Virus record (IMG/VR): IMGVR_UViG_3300028767_000022
Span: 1-61,450 of that record
Reading direction: 5' to 3' (one strand)
DNA length: 61,450 nt
Source: a virus
Taxonomy: Duplodnaviria > Caudoviricetes
Of this stretch, positions 31,601 through 40,755 are shown one piece after another; positions within the stretch are counted from its first letter, which is position 1, and each line of letters starts with the position of its first letter. The position numbers and the translations under genes are program-made. The notes under the pieces were generated by a model that saw only the letters and a program-made list of their open reading frames with translations, did not search any database and had not been told where the DNA came from.

Positions 31601-34116
31601 AGGATATAGCTAAGATTGAGCCATCTGACGAATATAAGAAGCTATTGAGATCGGTGGCTAATGAGGCATTAACAAATCCTCAGGCCATGATAGACTTCGA
31701 TAGAAGAACTACATATGTAGATTCTAATGGATATAGACAATTATACTCTCATTGGACTAAGCTTATGCCTAAGGATGCTAGTATGATATTTAGTGAACCT
31801 AATTCTTTGTGGTCTGAAATGGATCCTCAGTCTGAATATATCAATAAGAACTTTGATATAGATGAGTCGGAAGAAGGAATGGTTCCAAGAAGAGACAAGT
31901 ATGACAATTCTCATGCATATAATAGAATGCGTAACAACCCTTCTAAAAGAGATTTCCATGATAAATTGATATCCGCATACGAAAAGGCTAATTCTAACTA
32001 TGACTATATACAAAGACCGTCTAAATACAGACTGGCGCAGATTCCTGGAAAGTTCTTCGAAAGAGTAACTAAAGGAGATAGATTCTTGTCTGGACTTATA
32101 GAAGCATTGAAGGATCAGGTTAGATGGAGACCATATGACTATATAGATGGAGATTACGACACTAAAGGAAACTATGGAGTTGACGGAAGTAAGGTAAGGT
32201 TTGTTCCTACTAAATATAGACAGATGCTTGATGATAGGGATTCAATATCTAGAGATTTACTTGGAGCTTTCGAAGAATATTATAAAGCTGCGGTTAACTT
32301 TAGTGAAATGTCTAAGCATGCAGACGACATAGAGACTATGTTGAGTGCTATTAAGAGACTGTCAGTAAAGGATAGTAAAAATAAAGAGATAAAAGGACCT
32401 GGTCAAAGCAATATATATAATAGAGCTCAGAACTTTGTCTCGAATACTGTTTATGGAGATCAAATGGCTAACCAATATGGAATGAAAGTTCTTAAAGGTA
32501 CTAGGTCTATATCAATGGCTAAACCAGTAAGAGGGTTTGTGAACTATGTAAGGAAGCTTGTATTGTCAATGAACGTCCCTTCTATTGTTGGTAACTTTAC
32601 CGCTTCAGCTGTGAATTTAAAAACAGAGGCTGTATGTGGAATATGGTTGAATAATGGTGGATTAAACAAAGGAATGAGGGAACTAGCATTAGCACTTCCT
32701 AGTTTGGTCACTTCCGATTTGCATTCTTATTCTAACAATAAGCTAATAACGTTCATGAGAGCTCTTGAGGTAACTAAATCTCAGCACAGGGATATGCAGA
32801 ATTTGCATGGACTATCGTTTACAAAGAACTTATTATCCAACTTCCATTACGGACCATATACTGCTGGTGACTTGGCTGTAAAAGGACCTATGATGGTAGG
32901 AGTATTAAGTAACTTTAAAATGTTTGAAGATAAATTCTATTCTAGAGAGCAATTCATAAAAGAAAGGTTCCCAGGAAAGAGATCTGAAGGAGAATTAGTA
33001 TTTGATGCTATGGACAATAATATGTACGATGCATTTGAAGTAAAGGATGGCAATTTGAAGATTAAACAAGCCTATGCGGGAGCCATGGACGAAAGAACAT
33101 GGAATTATGCAGCAAATGTAATTCATAGTTTAGGAAGTAAGTTAGACGGAACATTAACTCATGCAGATAAGAGTGCTTTGCACGCAGATGCATTTGGATC
33201 GGCATTTACCTTAAATAAAGGCTGGATGCAGGTTGCAATTAGACAGAGACTATCTTCTAAAAAATGGAATTATAGACTAAAGCAAATGACTGCTGGTAAT
33301 CTTAGAAATCCAAAAACTTCAACTAAGATCTTAATGAGCTTTTTAGCCGAAAAATTAGGAGAGCTTGGAAAATTTAAATTGCTTCATTTAACTAAAATGA
33401 ATGGAATGCAAGACAGTTTTGAGCCAAATGAATTGTATAACTTTAGAAAAACCTTGACTGACGTATTAATGTTGATTGCAGTATCTGCGGCCACACTATT
33501 TGCTGGAACAATGACTGGCGGTTCGGATGACGACAAAAAAAGGTCTTGGGCTATGTTCCTGTATGTAATGATTATGAGAACGAACATGGAGCTTGGATCT
33601 ACATTATCTGCGGTTGACGCAATAGGCCTGATTCAGAATACCACTACCGTTCAAGGTCCAATCACGGAACTAAAGGAAATATCAGATGGTATATTTGACG
33701 GAACATTGTTTACTCAGGACGTGCAATCTGGTAGATATATGTATATTCCTAAATGGAAGAAATCACTTATTAAACTTACTCCAGGATATAGAAACTATTT
33801 CCAGAATTTTGTTAAGCCAGATTTAAAAGCAAATGCTTATTTTATGAGTAAAAATATGTCGGGTATCTACGATTTAACTCAAGGCGTATGGAATCTTATA
33901 GATCCTGTCAAGAGCAATAAAAATGAGATAAAAGACTTAGAATATCAGAAATTCGAGAACAAAAAAATGATAGACAAGAGTGAAAATACTTATAAACCAC
34001 TTGGATATAAAGAAACTGAGCAAGATAAGAGAGATACTAGAATCAACAAAAGGAAAAAAGCAATGAAGTCTCGCGGAATCAATATGAAGATAAAACATTT
34101 GAAGAAAGAGGAATAA
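25654..34116 (+). CDS. Giant virion cargo / polyvalent protein with two zincin-like motifs
   Basis: 2820-aa ORF after vRNAP; HEVAH (27892-27906), HEMFGH (28960-28977), WCT motif (26962-26970), C-terminal hydrophobic helices. Confidence 0.75.
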   Translation: MNCVNINSKDFKGLLKETGLPSLLLETRVAQYQDENGIDSWPSADDVRSSRLTHTDKVRKEINSKLPSEVANSINIVDKVPNEILGRDDLYLSIKGLLEDKGITDPLLINWVGINKDVIGNIKTIRDSEHLQELVQSSYDKKSNKSNYEEFKTNKVASDSFDEWVEALEKYPLVFRDIILSHATKYITKVDRESKYVLSLSKVALTNTYGTLVNKPHEANRLGKIYDEEALKSTSDAVDHEPSASGNGYWVHVPMTPSDSEMEFESYSDLKKAIVGLEAKVNRIEELKSAPPKFYKQEPSLTGEAVNEYGFNDYSYVRVESTYSRSGNGYESELGRGYEGYYIHGYNTDKRKNLDTKILAISKEQAEKIWSDELARYPNSKYDAHDSNEILNLPVFILELNNLKRYLANTSEESWSKRNDIFNENVSLLKKLSPSTWCTSGSMTKHYVRNYDNYLLIVNGVTVVGIEASDETNENGKINVNEVTSRNNNGIASIDHLDDTLAFFEKHNLDPDNSTIKSAQNKKDLGKNDKDVSRDNDYDENDFWGDQEFNMDHDHNYEPDYDPEQEMYDYAKSNIDNFILENHINNAREFLNANPSRVIFEGLVYYAPEYLQTNDEVQAYVGATIEPHNIIYAGVGTDYRDNIVRYILNNYPKMYEYLGAEEKLNPEYKDLYDSFLERQEAAIEAERVRVANLTPEEREMENVINRNLPFSKTNNNSIQGYYDPKTDKVIVVAENTPVNESSKVAIHEVAHRGMIRMARELGGTEELHTALISSKKQLMEKLPDLLKRTGHNTLDELMTDYGFNPESKEGELKLLMELSARWSETLIDKPKPSWWKKLLGSIKNWLKKFANITLSESQVDELVGGFVKYGSKENVESIKDSQTINGVAVSKSIDAIYQRNLNKIQTGVDSLNKEYENKPIFQKDYLRLSKEYNDIDGKNSVSRIEIYKVYNPSAEYGNPSDVYVRFKAKDWANREAYDAAEKEYKDSKNAPFTEDAKIQMTTGKPEQLNLEFPAKLAESQKWTKNRMSRSTVNAIGSIANKIKNRFGIDFQIVSMEEGIRLYNLNTSTNKQIKRGDLLLGFYDPQKNTAYLIGSRLNRNTTVHEMFGHPFLEIIKATPELKYIYNQLALETVRHYKELAEINSIYKQFADAERLDESIIHALEGKISEKTTPPGLRSAIHDFWKAITDFFKKLFSKRDFVEEIRPDATLERLADWLLYGEDQLSLVGGKQRTMMESEINQVLDKLDPKRLGEFTQRKITLNEAVKFNNDVTGELAREAMVNDGVYDMEYIRANVLSKLTNVNFGTKSIEYASGNQMATFEYNDMGNSILITDISIKDKSSRVDIPFIVLSIVNSLDRTNHNEVLLRIDKDTKAYEALTQVIKEDAISWKSVDGDNYLVFSQDNNRIANMAALGRKSRLRKAAASIVIPGATSKETSMPTSDETMLSNAETLMHDIKVGLNVRLKTLERNKNIDANTKDEISRLVKSLENNNVATNAVNFIKFASIDVSKSAERLENMFNAMKNGEDISNSDVNYIEKYFLPLYEKTMTSIHEIYQAKDYGIFKGLSAHVINDLIHRVSEVNKTVDDMNRIVNIIIDKNSTKLFSDIADDAESPTMKDVLMRSREVSSDLPALGVFFGSMDDKKSEHLRALDKLVVDVQTQVTKIVATDGTLSDLANSFTHLKGINPTTTYKEFMEHVDGKATGYATSDLLRGQFNKDLANFRKELAKKYGLVGEYTTPTDLAEYKKYIEELDDWKSEHAERMFMPEYYEAKKVLSSEAAEALHEAKENLASFGLAFKNEEGFLDTRLMTPAELNAYHELRRLKNNLTSIVYLNGEEKMPGGLDRQIANEISEFYKKINKGIDYQTRNELFDKTYKEVLKNMSAEDADLWWKQNTKISFEQKFWDQLTSMEKNPQIPVYDDLYEKRKAILNLYRNQDTGEVPAQLLESIRNTKGETLAETVKKLDLAMTNARLQYPPKPGLGFKDIAKIEPSDEYKKLLRSVANEALTNPQAMIDFDRRTTYVDSNGYRQLYSHWTKLMPKDASMIFSEPNSLWSEMDPQSEYINKNFDIDESEEGMVPRRDKYDNSHAYNRMRNNPSKRDFHDKLISAYEKANSNYDYIQRPSKYRLAQIPGKFFERVTKGDRFLSGLIEALKDQVRWRPYDYIDGDYDTKGNYGVDGSKVRFVPTKYRQMLDDRDSISRDLLGAFEEYYKAAVNFSEMSKHADDIETMLSAIKRLSVKDSKNKEIKGPGQSNIYNRAQNFVSNTVYGDQMANQYGMKVLKGTRSISMAKPVRGFVNYVRKLVLSMNVPSIVGNFTASAVNLKTEAVCGIWLNNGGLNKGMRELALALPSLVTSDLHSYSNNKLITFMRALEVTKSQHRDMQNLHGLSFTKNLLSNFHYGPYTAGDLAVKGPMMVGVLSNFKMFEDKFYSREQFIKERFPGKRSEGELVFDAMDNNMYDAFEVKDGNLKIKQAYAGAMDERTWNYAANVIHSLGSKLDGTLTHADKSALHADAFGSAFTLNKGWMQVAIRQRLSSKKWNYRLKQMTAGNLRNPKTSTKILMSFLAEKLGELGKFKLLHLTKMNGMQDSFEPNELYNFRKTLTDVLMLIAVSAATLFAGTMTGGSDDDKKRSWAMFLYVMIMRTNMELGSTLSAVDAIGLIQNTTTVQGPITELKEISDGIFDGTLFTQDVQSGRYMYIPKWKKSLIKLTPGYRNYFQNFVKPDLKANAYFMSKNMSGIYDLTQGVWNLIDPVKSNKNEIKDLEYQKFENKKMIDKSENTYKPLGYKETEQDKRDTRINKRKKAMKSRGINMKIKHLKKEE

Positions 34117-34170
34117 TCGTGGTTTATGCTGCAAGGAGTTGAAAGCGAAAGCAAAAAAACAACAAAGTAT

Positions 34171-34208
34171 AAAAGCCGGTGCATATTAATTTATGTATCG
34201 GCTTTTTC
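34171..34208. terminator. Bidirectional intrinsic terminator
   Basis: AAA-AGCCGGTGCATA / TATGTATCGGCT-TTTT hairpin with A and T tracts between the two convergent gene blocks. Confidence 0.85.
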
Positions 34209-34210
34209 TT

Positions 34211-34747
34211 TTAATCCCAATCGCTTCTCAGTGAAAAGTTAGTAACGTATTGCTTTCCTTCTTCTTCGTCCTCTAGGTAATCCTCTTCTGGTAGTATCTC
34301 TTTCGAAATATCCATTTTTGGATTTACATATAGTGTGTCGAATAGGATAGAATTTACAGGCATATCCCAAAACTTCAGTATTTTTACTTTTATTTCTGGC
34401 GCCAAATTGAACGCTTTATTTTTAAGTATTAATTCTAAACTTGAGCTATATTCCTCTGCTATTCTTAAAGCATATGATTTTACATATATTCCTGATAGTT
34501 GGTATGACGAAATCTTTTCGAGCTCTGACTTGTCTTTAATAGTTGCGACTTCTCTTTCCCTAAATAGCAGTGTATCAAATACTATGTGTATATGATTGTC
34601 TAAATAAGGCTTGTTAATGTCGTAATGAAATGCATTTACTAAAGCTTTTGAATATCCTTCTAAATAGTCCTCTGCTCTTTTGTCCTCTATTGATACCAAT
34701 GGCAGCAATAGAAACAAGGATAGATTGTATTCTTCTTTAATATTCAT
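34211..34747 (-). CDS. Hypothetical protein (conserved position after the nuclease)
   Basis: 178-aa ORF overlapping the stop of the upstream gene. Confidence 0.75.
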   Translation of the reverse strand: MNIKEEYNLSLFLLLPLVSIEDKRAEDYLEGYSKALVNAFHYDINKPYLDNHIHIVFDTLLFREREVATIKDKSELEKISSYQLSGIYVKSYALRIAEEYSSSLELILKNKAFNLAPEIKVKILKFWDMPVNSILFDTLYVNPKMDISKEILPEEDYLEDEEEGKQYVTNFSLRSDWD

Positions 34748-35738
34748 TTAGTAATGATTCTACACCATCACCTTCGTAGTATTCTCTCGTGTAATCCCAC
34801 ATATTTTGACTGTTATGCCAATCAATTTCTGCTAAGATTTGTAATATTTGTTCTGATTTGTTAGTAATAACTGAGTCTGGTACGCTAAACACTCTACATG
34901 CACAGTTTCCATTATTTTGAATGGCTACTATGTTTGTTTCATGTTTGTAGTCGAATATATCAATATGTAATTCGTTAGTAAAGTACCAGTAAATTGCAGC
35001 CCAATAGAATGCCATTTGTCTTCCATAGTCGTATTCATTAAATGATTTTGCAAATGCGTTAACATCTGCAGTGGTCTTAATGTCTACTAATTTGACTATT
35101 TTGTTTTCATGGTCTATTATCAGTCTGTCAATTAAGGATTTACATTGTATGGTGTTTCCACTTTTCAATGTTATATCCCAATTTATGTGAAATTCATTAT
35201 GAGCTTCAAACTTCGGTGAATTCCCGTTATTAAATAAGAGTTCGCTTGCCTTCTTATGAAGTTGAACGTTCTCTTTTGTTTTCTTTAATGAATTCAGTGC
35301 CGACCATGTGATTGTAGTTCCAGAGTTGCCCCCGGCTCGTAACCACTTAATATACGACTTCAATTTTAAGGCCATTTCTAGCCCTTTCTTGCCTATCTCT
35401 TCTTCAGGTCTACCATTTGTACTATAACTATCTTTAAATGCCTCAGAAGCCTTTAAAATGGCTGTGGGGGCTATGCTAGCTATGTATTCCTGGCAGAATT
35501 TTTTCTGTTGAGGGGAAGTAGGTGTTTCGAAGTTTAATATCTTATATGTCTTCTTAAATTCATCTGGTTGAAGCAAGTACATATGGGTCATTGTCCCATT
35601 CTCCATTGCTTTCGTTGCTGTGAAGACTTCTTTACCATCTATCATATCCTTGAAGTATCTTGGACTTGCTAAAAACCACCCTAATGAGCTATTGCTCACT
35701 CTGGAATTGTCTTCGTAATATGGTATAGTTATATTCAT
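34737..35738 (-). CDS. PD-(D/E)XK exonuclease (RecE/exonuclease VIII-like)
   Basis: SNSSL..F, GTMTH, CKSLIDRL, VDIKT, YGRQMAFY motifs. Confidence 0.85.
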   Translation of the reverse strand: MNITIPYYEDNSRVSNSSLGWFLASPRYFKDMIDGKEVFTATKAMENGTMTHMYLLQPDEFKKTYKILNFETPTSPQQKKFCQEYIASIAPTAILKASEAFKDSYSTNGRPEEEIGKKGLEMALKLKSYIKWLRAGGNSGTTITWSALNSLKKTKENVQLHKKASELLFNNGNSPKFEAHNEFHINWDITLKSGNTIQCKSLIDRLIIDHENKIVKLVDIKTTADVNAFAKSFNEYDYGRQMAFYWAAIYWYFTNELHIDIFDYKHETNIVAIQNNGNCACRVFSVPDSVITNKSEQILQILAEIDWHNSQNMWDYTREYYEGDGVESLLNEY

Positions 35739-35742
35739 CTTC

Positions 35743-36156
35743 TTATTTAATTATTTCTACTTTATTTCCAAGCTTCGAAGTTAAATCTTCTATGATTTTT
35801 GTCAAACGTTTAATTTCATTCAATCTGCTGTCTGCAATTAATTCTAACGCGATTCGTTTTTCTCCTAATACTGCAGAGGATTCTTTTAGTAATACTTCTT
35901 TGATCTTTAAATCTGCATCAAATACTTGTTTTTTCATATCAAGTTCTTTTTGTAAATTCGAATTTTCAAGTCGAAGTTTTTCTCTTTCTCGTTTCAAATT
36001 ATCTTCGTAGTATATATTGTCTTTGTCTGACCAAAAATTAGTTTTTCTTTTTTCGAATTCTAATTCTTCTGCCTCTCTATTTAATTTGTACTTCAGCTCA
36101 TCTAATTGTTTCTGCAACTTTTTAGATAGGAAATTATATAAAAAATTCTTTTTCAT
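35743..36156 (-). CDS. Coiled-coil hypothetical protein
   Basis: 137-aa L/K/E-rich ORF with A-rich leader; start may be ATG at 36156 as called. Confidence 0.7.
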   Translation of the reverse strand: MKKNFLYNFLSKKLQKQLDELKYKLNREAEELEFEKRKTNFWSDKDNIYYEDNLKREREKLRLENSNLQKELDMKKQVFDADLKIKEVLLKESSAVLGEKRIALELIADSRLNEIKRLTKIIEDLTSKLGNKVEIIK

Positions 36157-36174
36157 GTTCTTTGTTTTTAAATG

Positions 36175-36540
36175 TAAATTATAAAGAGTAAAACCTGTAC
36201 ATTCACATGCATTTTGTAGTACTCTTTATAAAAATGGCTAACCCTTTTTCAACTTAGTATGCCGTACTAAATATTGTAGACTTTCGTCTTAGTTACCTAT
36301 CCGGGACACACTCCCGGTTCACTAATCGCTATGAGGTATTTTATGGACGCTGTAAACAGTTGGTCACTTAGCTCTGTATCATTGCAAGCAAGCATTTATT
36401 GAATATCACACATATTGAAATATGTGATTATTTATCTAATATCTGCATCGCTGCTCAACTATACAATTAGTAGCATTGTCAATGTTGTGCTTAATAGGCT
36501 AGATAATAAAGTTTTAATTTCAAATACTGGATTTGAGTAT
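36175..36540 (-). ncRNA. Candidate structured non-coding RNA or leader
   Basis: ORF-free; 11-bp stem 36180-36190/36220-36230, AGAC-GAAA-GUCU (36278-36289, - strand), CCGGGA/TCCCGG (36301-36317). Confidence 0.45.
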
Positions 36541-36588
36541 TAATGTTCTTCATTATCTAATTCGTCTAGATTCATATGAGTAATATTA

Positions 36589-37809
36589 TTACCCAATGGT
36601 CCAGCTGAATGGTGTTGATTTATTGTTTTCATTGTTATCTCCGTTCTGGAAGATTTGAAATATGTCGGACTTCTTTATTCCGTTCATAGTACTATCATCC
36701 GTAAATAAAGCAAACTTAATATCTATGTTCTTTTCAGCACATAACTTGTATATCATTGCGGCATTTCGGTCTATTGAACCGTCACCATCAGAAATAACAA
36801 GTAGATATTGTTTTGCTTTAGTCTTTTTTAATAATTGTAATTTTTGAATTGTGCTTGTTTCCATATCCGTTCCATTTCCTCTAGGGAAAGAATCAAGGAC
36901 TTTCTCTTTCAAGTCTTTCTTTGATTTAATAGTCTGAGGTCCATAAGATCCTCCTGGATATAAATTTGTATCCCAGAATGTGTTTTCGAACGTAATGTTC
37001 ATTTTTTCACAATCTTCGTAAATTCTTTCAAGTAATAGATTTCTCCATTTATTGAAACTTGACATACTTGGTGAGAAGTCGATTATAGTATTCATAAAGC
37101 GATCCGCGGGGACGCTCTGTTTGCAATAAAGTTCTCTGTTAACTATTTTTTTCATTAATAGTCCTCGAGGTTTCACAAATTCAATTGCCGATACCTTTTG
37201 CAAGTCCGACATCTTTGAAATTGGTTGAAATTTCTTCTTTGTTGCGTCTGAAGTTTTAATCGACTCAAACCATTCTTCTAACTGCTTGTATGCTGATAAT
37301 GCTTGCAATGGATTCTCTGGGCCTTCTGGTGGTTTATGGCCACTTCCGCCTTTCGGTTCTTTCTCTTCCATCTGTTTCTTCATTTCTTTTTCAGTTGGAG
37401 CTTCTATAGTAACATCTTTGTACTGATTGTACATTGAAGTTATAGTTTTGTCCAGTATACTTCCCTCTTCGTATTTGGCACCTTGGGCGATTACGTCCAT
37501 AGCTCTAGATACATCCTTAAGGGTTTCACTTGGTTCTCCATCTGGTCCTTTATGAAAAGACGTTTGAGTTTCATATCCTCCGACATTATTATAAATACTC
37601 GGAAGAACAACTTTATCAAAATTTTGAAGCATAAAATTCGTAGAGGCCTTCTGCGGATTCTTAACTCCTGTTTCTTTTTCTTCGCGAGTCATTCGGTCTA
37701 GTTCCGATTTCATTGCTTTTTTAGTTGAAACTATTTTGAAACATTGTTCTTCTGTGAGATTATATTTTACGTCTGCTAAGCATTGATCATTGTTATGACC
37801 TGCTATCAT
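36589..37809 (-). CDS. vWA (MIDAS) domain protein, ViaA-like partner
   Basis: IIDFSPSM (DxSxS), GNGTD, LVISDG; coupled to a MoxR ATPase. Confidence 0.85.
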   Translation of the reverse strand: MIAGHNNDQCLADVKYNLTEEQCFKIVSTKKAMKSELDRMTREEKETGVKNPQKASTNFMLQNFDKVVLPSIYNNVGGYETQTSFHKGPDGEPSETLKDVSRAMDVIAQGAKYEEGSILDKTITSMYNQYKDVTIEAPTEKEMKKQMEEKEPKGGSGHKPPEGPENPLQALSAYKQLEEWFESIKTSDATKKKFQPISKMSDLQKVSAIEFVKPRGLLMKKIVNRELYCKQSVPADRFMNTIIDFSPSMSSFNKWRNLLLERIYEDCEKMNITFENTFWDTNLYPGGSYGPQTIKSKKDLKEKVLDSFPRGNGTDMETSTIQKLQLLKKTKAKQYLLVISDGDGSIDRNAAMIYKLCAEKNIDIKFALFTDDSTMNGIKKSDIFQIFQNGDNNENNKSTPFSWTIG

Positions 37810-39029
37810 TATGCTGCTTTCTTTAGAAGTAATTGTACAAATTCTTCAATTTCCGAATCTACATTATTTGGAATTTTTGCTCCATTCACAAAAGCATTTC
37901 GCATGATTCCTAAACTGTGATTAATGTCCATGAACGAGTCATAATCTCTTATTTCCTCGGCTTTCACGGCACTCTTCGTAGTTACAATGGATTCAAATAA
38001 TACTTTGTTGTGGTCGATATTCGACTTATTTTTCAAATAATTAATTACGGGTAACATAAAGTTGTTGGTAATCTTCTCATCGTAATTACGAGTCTTGATT
38101 ATCTGCAAATCTTTAATGTATTTTGACATTTCCAATACTTTACGCGGAGTATAGTCTGCCATATCATTGATTGTCTCAACGATTGCTGCAAGTTTTGCTC
38201 CATCAAAATTTGGATAGCGATTCAACACAAGGCTGGCGGTATTCAATTTTGTCATTTTGTACTGTACTTTTAATGAAACTGGAAAACGTTGAGTCAAAGC
38301 TTCTGTAGAGTCATCTTGGATAACTTCTTCATAAGTTTTGTTTGTCAGACCAATGATAATTTTGGTTTTCATTGGAAAGCGTTGGTTTCCGTTTCGGATT
38401 TCTTTCGAAGTCAATGTGTCTTTCAATGCAGCCAAAACACGTGGATTGGCGTCAAATATTTCCTCGAAAATTACGATTTCTTTATTTGCAAAAGAGTTTT
38501 CGCAATTGTATTCGATTACGCCGGTTTCAGTCATTTGTTTAATGTTGATACCGCCGAACAGATCTTCTTCTGTTGTTGCTTCGGAAAGAGATTTAATAAA
38601 TACTCGTTCCTTTAATTCCGGACAACTAAAAAGCATATCCATAAATTCAGATTTACCAAATCCACCTTTGCCATACAATATGAGATTCATATCATTAGCA
38701 AGAGAGTTCTTGATTACTTCTGAAACGCCGGAAGTGTTAATAAACTTCTGACTTAATGTTTCATATACTTTGTTAGTTGTTTTGTACTCGTGTAATCGAA
38801 TATCACCGAATTGTTCGATAATCTGTTTTTTCAATTTTCGGAACTTACGTCCGTCCAATTTTTCTTCTCCCCAAGAACCATCAGTCAGCGATTTACCGCT
38901 ATCTTCAATAATGAATTCCATAGAGTTTTTGTCGATTAAAACAAGTTTGTTGGTTTTGATACCGAAGAAGTTATTAATTTCTTCCGGGGTAATCAAATAT
39001 GTATTTTTGTTATCAGTTTTGATAATCAT
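37809..39029 (-). CDS. MoxR/RavA-like AAA+ ATPase
   Basis: Walker A GKGGFGKS, TTEEDLFGG, Walker B-like IVIFEEIF, EALTQRF. Confidence 0.85.
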   Translation of the reverse strand: MIIKTDNKNTYLITPEEINNFFGIKTNKLVLIDKNSMEFIIEDSGKSLTDGSWGEEKLDGRKFRKLKKQIIEQFGDIRLHEYKTTNKVYETLSQKFINTSGVSEVIKNSLANDMNLILYGKGGFGKSEFMDMLFSCPELKERVFIKSLSEATTEEDLFGGINIKQMTETGVIEYNCENSFANKEIVIFEEIFDANPRVLAALKDTLTSKEIRNGNQRFPMKTKIIIGLTNKTYEEVIQDDSTEALTQRFPVSLKVQYKMTKLNTASLVLNRYPNFDGAKLAAIVETINDMADYTPRKVLEMSKYIKDLQIIKTRNYDEKITNNFMLPVINYLKNKSNIDHNKVLFESIVTTKSAVKAEEIRDYDSFMDINHSLGIMRNAFVNGAKIPNNVDSEIEEFVQLLLKKAA

Positions 39030-39155
39030 TTGATATAATTTGTAAATTTGTTAATAATAATACTTATTTTCTCTGCCCCTATCTAGTCGGGCATACAGGT
39101 CTCGCTCCTGTAACACTATTTCTAATGCTTAACTTCCGAGCTAATGCCCTTCTGT

Positions 39156-40136
39156 TTAATTAATCATTTCTTCAAGGACAGTTAATGCTTTCACATATCC
39201 TATTTTCTTGACTAAATCACTAATGTCCTTTGTTTTGTGTTTCTTATTTATAAAGATCGCATGGAAATTATATTCAGAGCATAACTGCCTTGCAAATTTC
39301 ATTCCTGTTTTATCTCTATCATAAAAAACTAATATTCTTGTGAATCTTGATTTTAAATTGTCTATAACCGCTTTTGGTATGATAGTGCTTTCGCTCGAAG
39401 GAGCAACTGCATTATATCCCAATTCTTTTAGCACCATAATGTCTTTTAAAGACTTAGTAATAATTAATAAGTCTCCAGATTCGGGCAATTGCTCAAATCC
39501 AAATATGTCTAGTGCGCTAAGATTTCCTCTCCACTTGTTTAGCTTCGTTTCATACGGTTTGTAAATTTTAAACTTGTTAAATACTTTATAGCAATACATT
39601 GGGTTATCGTTTTCATATTTGGATTTTACCAAATTGTCAACTAGGTATTTTTGTATAGGGTCTACCTTGTATAATTTCAATGTATCTGCTGTTATACAGA
39701 ACTGTTCCCAGAACTCCTTATCTACTTGCGTAAATGGCTTTCTGACTACAGCTATGTGTTTTTCCTTTGCTTGATAAGTTCTCTTCTTATCTGTCATATT
39801 ATCCGATAAGGACTCTATTGACATATCGTCAAAGACTATCTTTAAGGTCTCACTGTATGTTGATAAGTTTTTGTATTTTTTTACAAAATTAAAAACGTCT
39901 CCACAATCACCACTGGCCATATCTTTGTAAAGTAAGGCCCCGGTCTTGTTGCTAACAAATATTCCAAAAGACGGATTTTTATCGTCTCTTAGAGGACTGT
40001 TATATATATGACCAATCTTGAAATTACCGATATATTTAGCGAAAATGGCATATTCTGTCGTCTTCGATAAGATATCGGTTTTTTCGATTCTGTTTGTTTT
40101 TGGATTAAGTATGACGTTTGTGTTCATACTATTCAA
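39156..40136 (-). CDS. dnaG: DNA primase (TOPRIM)
   Basis: SPLRDDKNPSF, GDCGD, IITKSLKD, FYDRD.TG, KDISD. Confidence 0.88.
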   Translation of the reverse strand: MNSMNTNVILNPKTNRIEKTDILSKTTEYAIFAKYIGNFKIGHIYNSPLRDDKNPSFGIFVSNKTGALLYKDMASGDCGDVFNFVKKYKNLSTYSETLKIVFDDMSIESLSDNMTDKKRTYQAKEKHIAVVRKPFTQVDKEFWEQFCITADTLKLYKVDPIQKYLVDNLVKSKYENDNPMYCYKVFNKFKIYKPYETKLNKWRGNLSALDIFGFEQLPESGDLLIITKSLKDIMVLKELGYNAVAPSSESTIIPKAVIDNLKSRFTRILVFYDRDKTGMKFARQLCSEYNFHAIFINKKHKTKDISDLVKKIGYVKALTVLEEMIN

Positions 40137-40139
40137 TTA

Positions 40140-40742
40140 TTAGAACGGCAAATCGTTATTGGCGACTGTCGGTGTTGCTGTAAATACTTCTGCTGAAGAT
40201 TTTTCTGCATTTTCTTTATCACCTAATACAGGTCTTTCGAATAAATCAATTGCCAACTTCGCGATTTTACTCTTTTCTGTTGGTATTTCCATTGATTCAA
40301 TAAACGTATATACAGAGTATTTAGGTAATGAGGTATAACCATTCTGTCCATAGACAATTTTTAATCTAACTAATTTGGTTTTGTCAACCGCATTCATTAA
40401 ATCAGTTACCCATTTAAAGAAGGCTTCAAATGAATCGTATGAGAAATTACTCAACTGATCCTTTGTATACCATACACTCATTATCTGCAATATTCTTGCG
40501 GCTTGTTTATTTGCTTTTTCAGCAAACTCAGCATCGGTCTGGTCGTTGAATTTTGTAGGGATATATTCGGTCTGTGTTAAAGCAGCGCCATCCTTTACAA
40601 ATTTGAACTCAATGAATAGATTACCGTTTGTTGATTTTTCATTTCTTACTCCAGCGAATTCTACATTCTCATGTATACCAGCGCCCAGAAATGAAACGTC
40701 TTTCGATTTTAAATCAAAAGCGTTATTTGTATTAAATATCAT
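40140..40742 (-). CDS. Single-stranded DNA-binding protein (putative)
   Basis: C-terminal NDLPF tail; lies between AAA ATPase and primase. Confidence 0.7.
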   Translation of the reverse strand: MIFNTNNAFDLKSKDVSFLGAGIHENVEFAGVRNEKSTNGNLFIEFKFVKDGAALTQTEYIPTKFNDQTDAEFAEKANKQAARILQIMSVWYTKDQLSNFSYDSFEAFFKWVTDLMNAVDKTKLVRLKIVYGQNGYTSLPKYSVYTFIESMEIPTEKSKIAKLAIDLFERPVLGDKENAEKSSAEVFTATPTVANNDLPF

Positions 40743-40755
40743 AATTTATATCTTT

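Noticed and set aside
1-34116. Stop-codon reassignment (TAG or TGA), known in some Crassvirales
   Set aside because: Giant ORFs are intact under the standard code, coding density is high, and the one canonical tRNA reads UCU (loop CTTCTAA), not CUA
2101-34184. Many short antisense or nested ORFs within the large + strand genes
   Set aside because: Shadow frames of real genes with Ser/Leu/Phe-rich composition and no motifs
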